From positions 1-64,000 of the IMG/VR virus record IMGVR_UViG_3300017917_003583: a stretch of DNA of 64,000 bases; one strand, given 5' to 3'. The notes beneath the pieces are model-generated. The model worked only from the letters and a program-made list of their open reading frames with translations, was not told the DNA's origin and did not search any database. Numbering within the stretch: position 1 is the first letter of the stretch; each line of letters starts with the position of its first letter. Below, one piece after another: positions 63,620 to 64,000 of this stretch. The DNA is from a virus. Made by a program: the position numbers and the translations under genes.

Positions 63620-64000
63620 TTACTTGACCAAGGCGTAGGGACGGTTGAATCGACCAATGTTGATGTCGATGTAGTGCGATTTGTGGAAGTAGTCGGTCTG
63701 GATGTCGCTGTGATCAAAGTAAGCAGGGCCTTTCAGCGCCTGCACTGCCTGGTCCAGGAACTCCTTGGCCTTGCCGCTGAAGTGCTCGTGACACCAGTAG
63801 GTGTTGACATCAATGTGGTCCCGGGCCGGGTTGATATGGCGCGCACCCGACGGGTCACGCTCTTTGATCATTTGGTTGAAGTTGCCAATGAAGTCGATCT
63901 TGCCTTGGCTGATGGTCAGGACCAGGGTGCTGTGATTGCGCACACTCAAGGTGCCTTTCAAGCCATACTTGGTCAGCAAGGCCTTGATCACCGGTGCTGC
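63620..64000 (-). CDS. hypothetical protein, reading frame stays open to the window end (N-terminus may lie outside)
   Basis: ORF 63620..63991 continues upstream in frame through 64000. Confidence 0.4.
   Translation of the reverse strand, partial: AAPVIKALLTKYGLKGTLSVRNHSTLVLTISQGKIDFIGNFNQMIKERDPSGARHINPARDHIDVNTYWCHEHFSGKAKEFLDQAVQALKGPAYFDHSDIQTDYFHKSHYIDINIGRFNRPYALVK

Noticed and set aside
1-64000. Search for tRNA, rRNA and CRISPR
   Set aside because: Intergenic gaps are mostly under 80 bp and are occupied by promoters and RBSs. No cloverleaf-like or long structured non-coding stretch was recognised by eye. A tRNAscan run would be needed to exclude small tRNAs.

Overview
The window is a gene-dense segment of a large T4-like virulent phage genome, roughly 95% coding. 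Almost every gene is on the minus strand. The plus-strand exceptions are phoH, four freestanding homing endonucleases (one HNH, three GIY-YIG), and one tail-fibre / assembly-chaperone pair.

Recognisable content, in coordinate order:
- 1-2520: ClpA-like unfoldase (open at the window edge) and a J-domain protein.
- 3340-4725: a GH19 endolysin with o-spanin and i-spanin.
- 6066-11206: PhoH, a HAD nucleotidase, a gp44-like clamp loader with a gp62-position small subunit, and a GroES/gp31-like co-chaperonin.
- 12064-18795: a tail-fibre module with a duplicated C-terminal domain flanking a 963-aa Ig-like protein.
- 18800-19575: Fe/Mn superoxide dismutase and IF-1.
- 21479-22440: a second lysis pair (SleB-like hydrolase plus holin-like protein).
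- 24715-27925: an envelope cluster containing an SPFH/HflC protein.
- 28036-35765: an NAD+ island with AAA+ ATPase, Nampt (NadV), a SLOG-like protein, a macro domain, and an NMNAT-Nudix (NadM/NatV-type).
- 33238-47530: a long early region of about 60 small ORFs. They are driven by at least 17 near-consensus sigma70 promoters (TTGACx-17/18-TAtAAT), including three identical copies of a 35-bp promoter-leader cassette. The region holds a dispersed paralog family with the signature MNxRIxEL...FAQLIVQEC...KRHFGV.
- 48385-51886: a DGQHR-like protein, a TylF-like SAM methyltransferase and MetK.
- 54575-55537: a metallophosphoesterase.
- 57826-62883: a tandem array of 18 paralogous small genes (55-140 aa), translationally coupled by ATGA overlaps. 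Their conserved C-terminal ...DAxxFxLRW(S/T) codons (TTGAGGTGG) also form the Shine-Dalgarno of the next gene. The array is interrupted by an S11 DD-carboxypeptidase.

No rRNA, tRNA or CRISPR was recognised by eye.

Most novel-looking features: the NAD+ reconstitution island with its extra macro, SLOG and AAA+ genes; the 18-member coupled LRW paralog array; the second dispersed paralog family; and two leaderless early transcripts.
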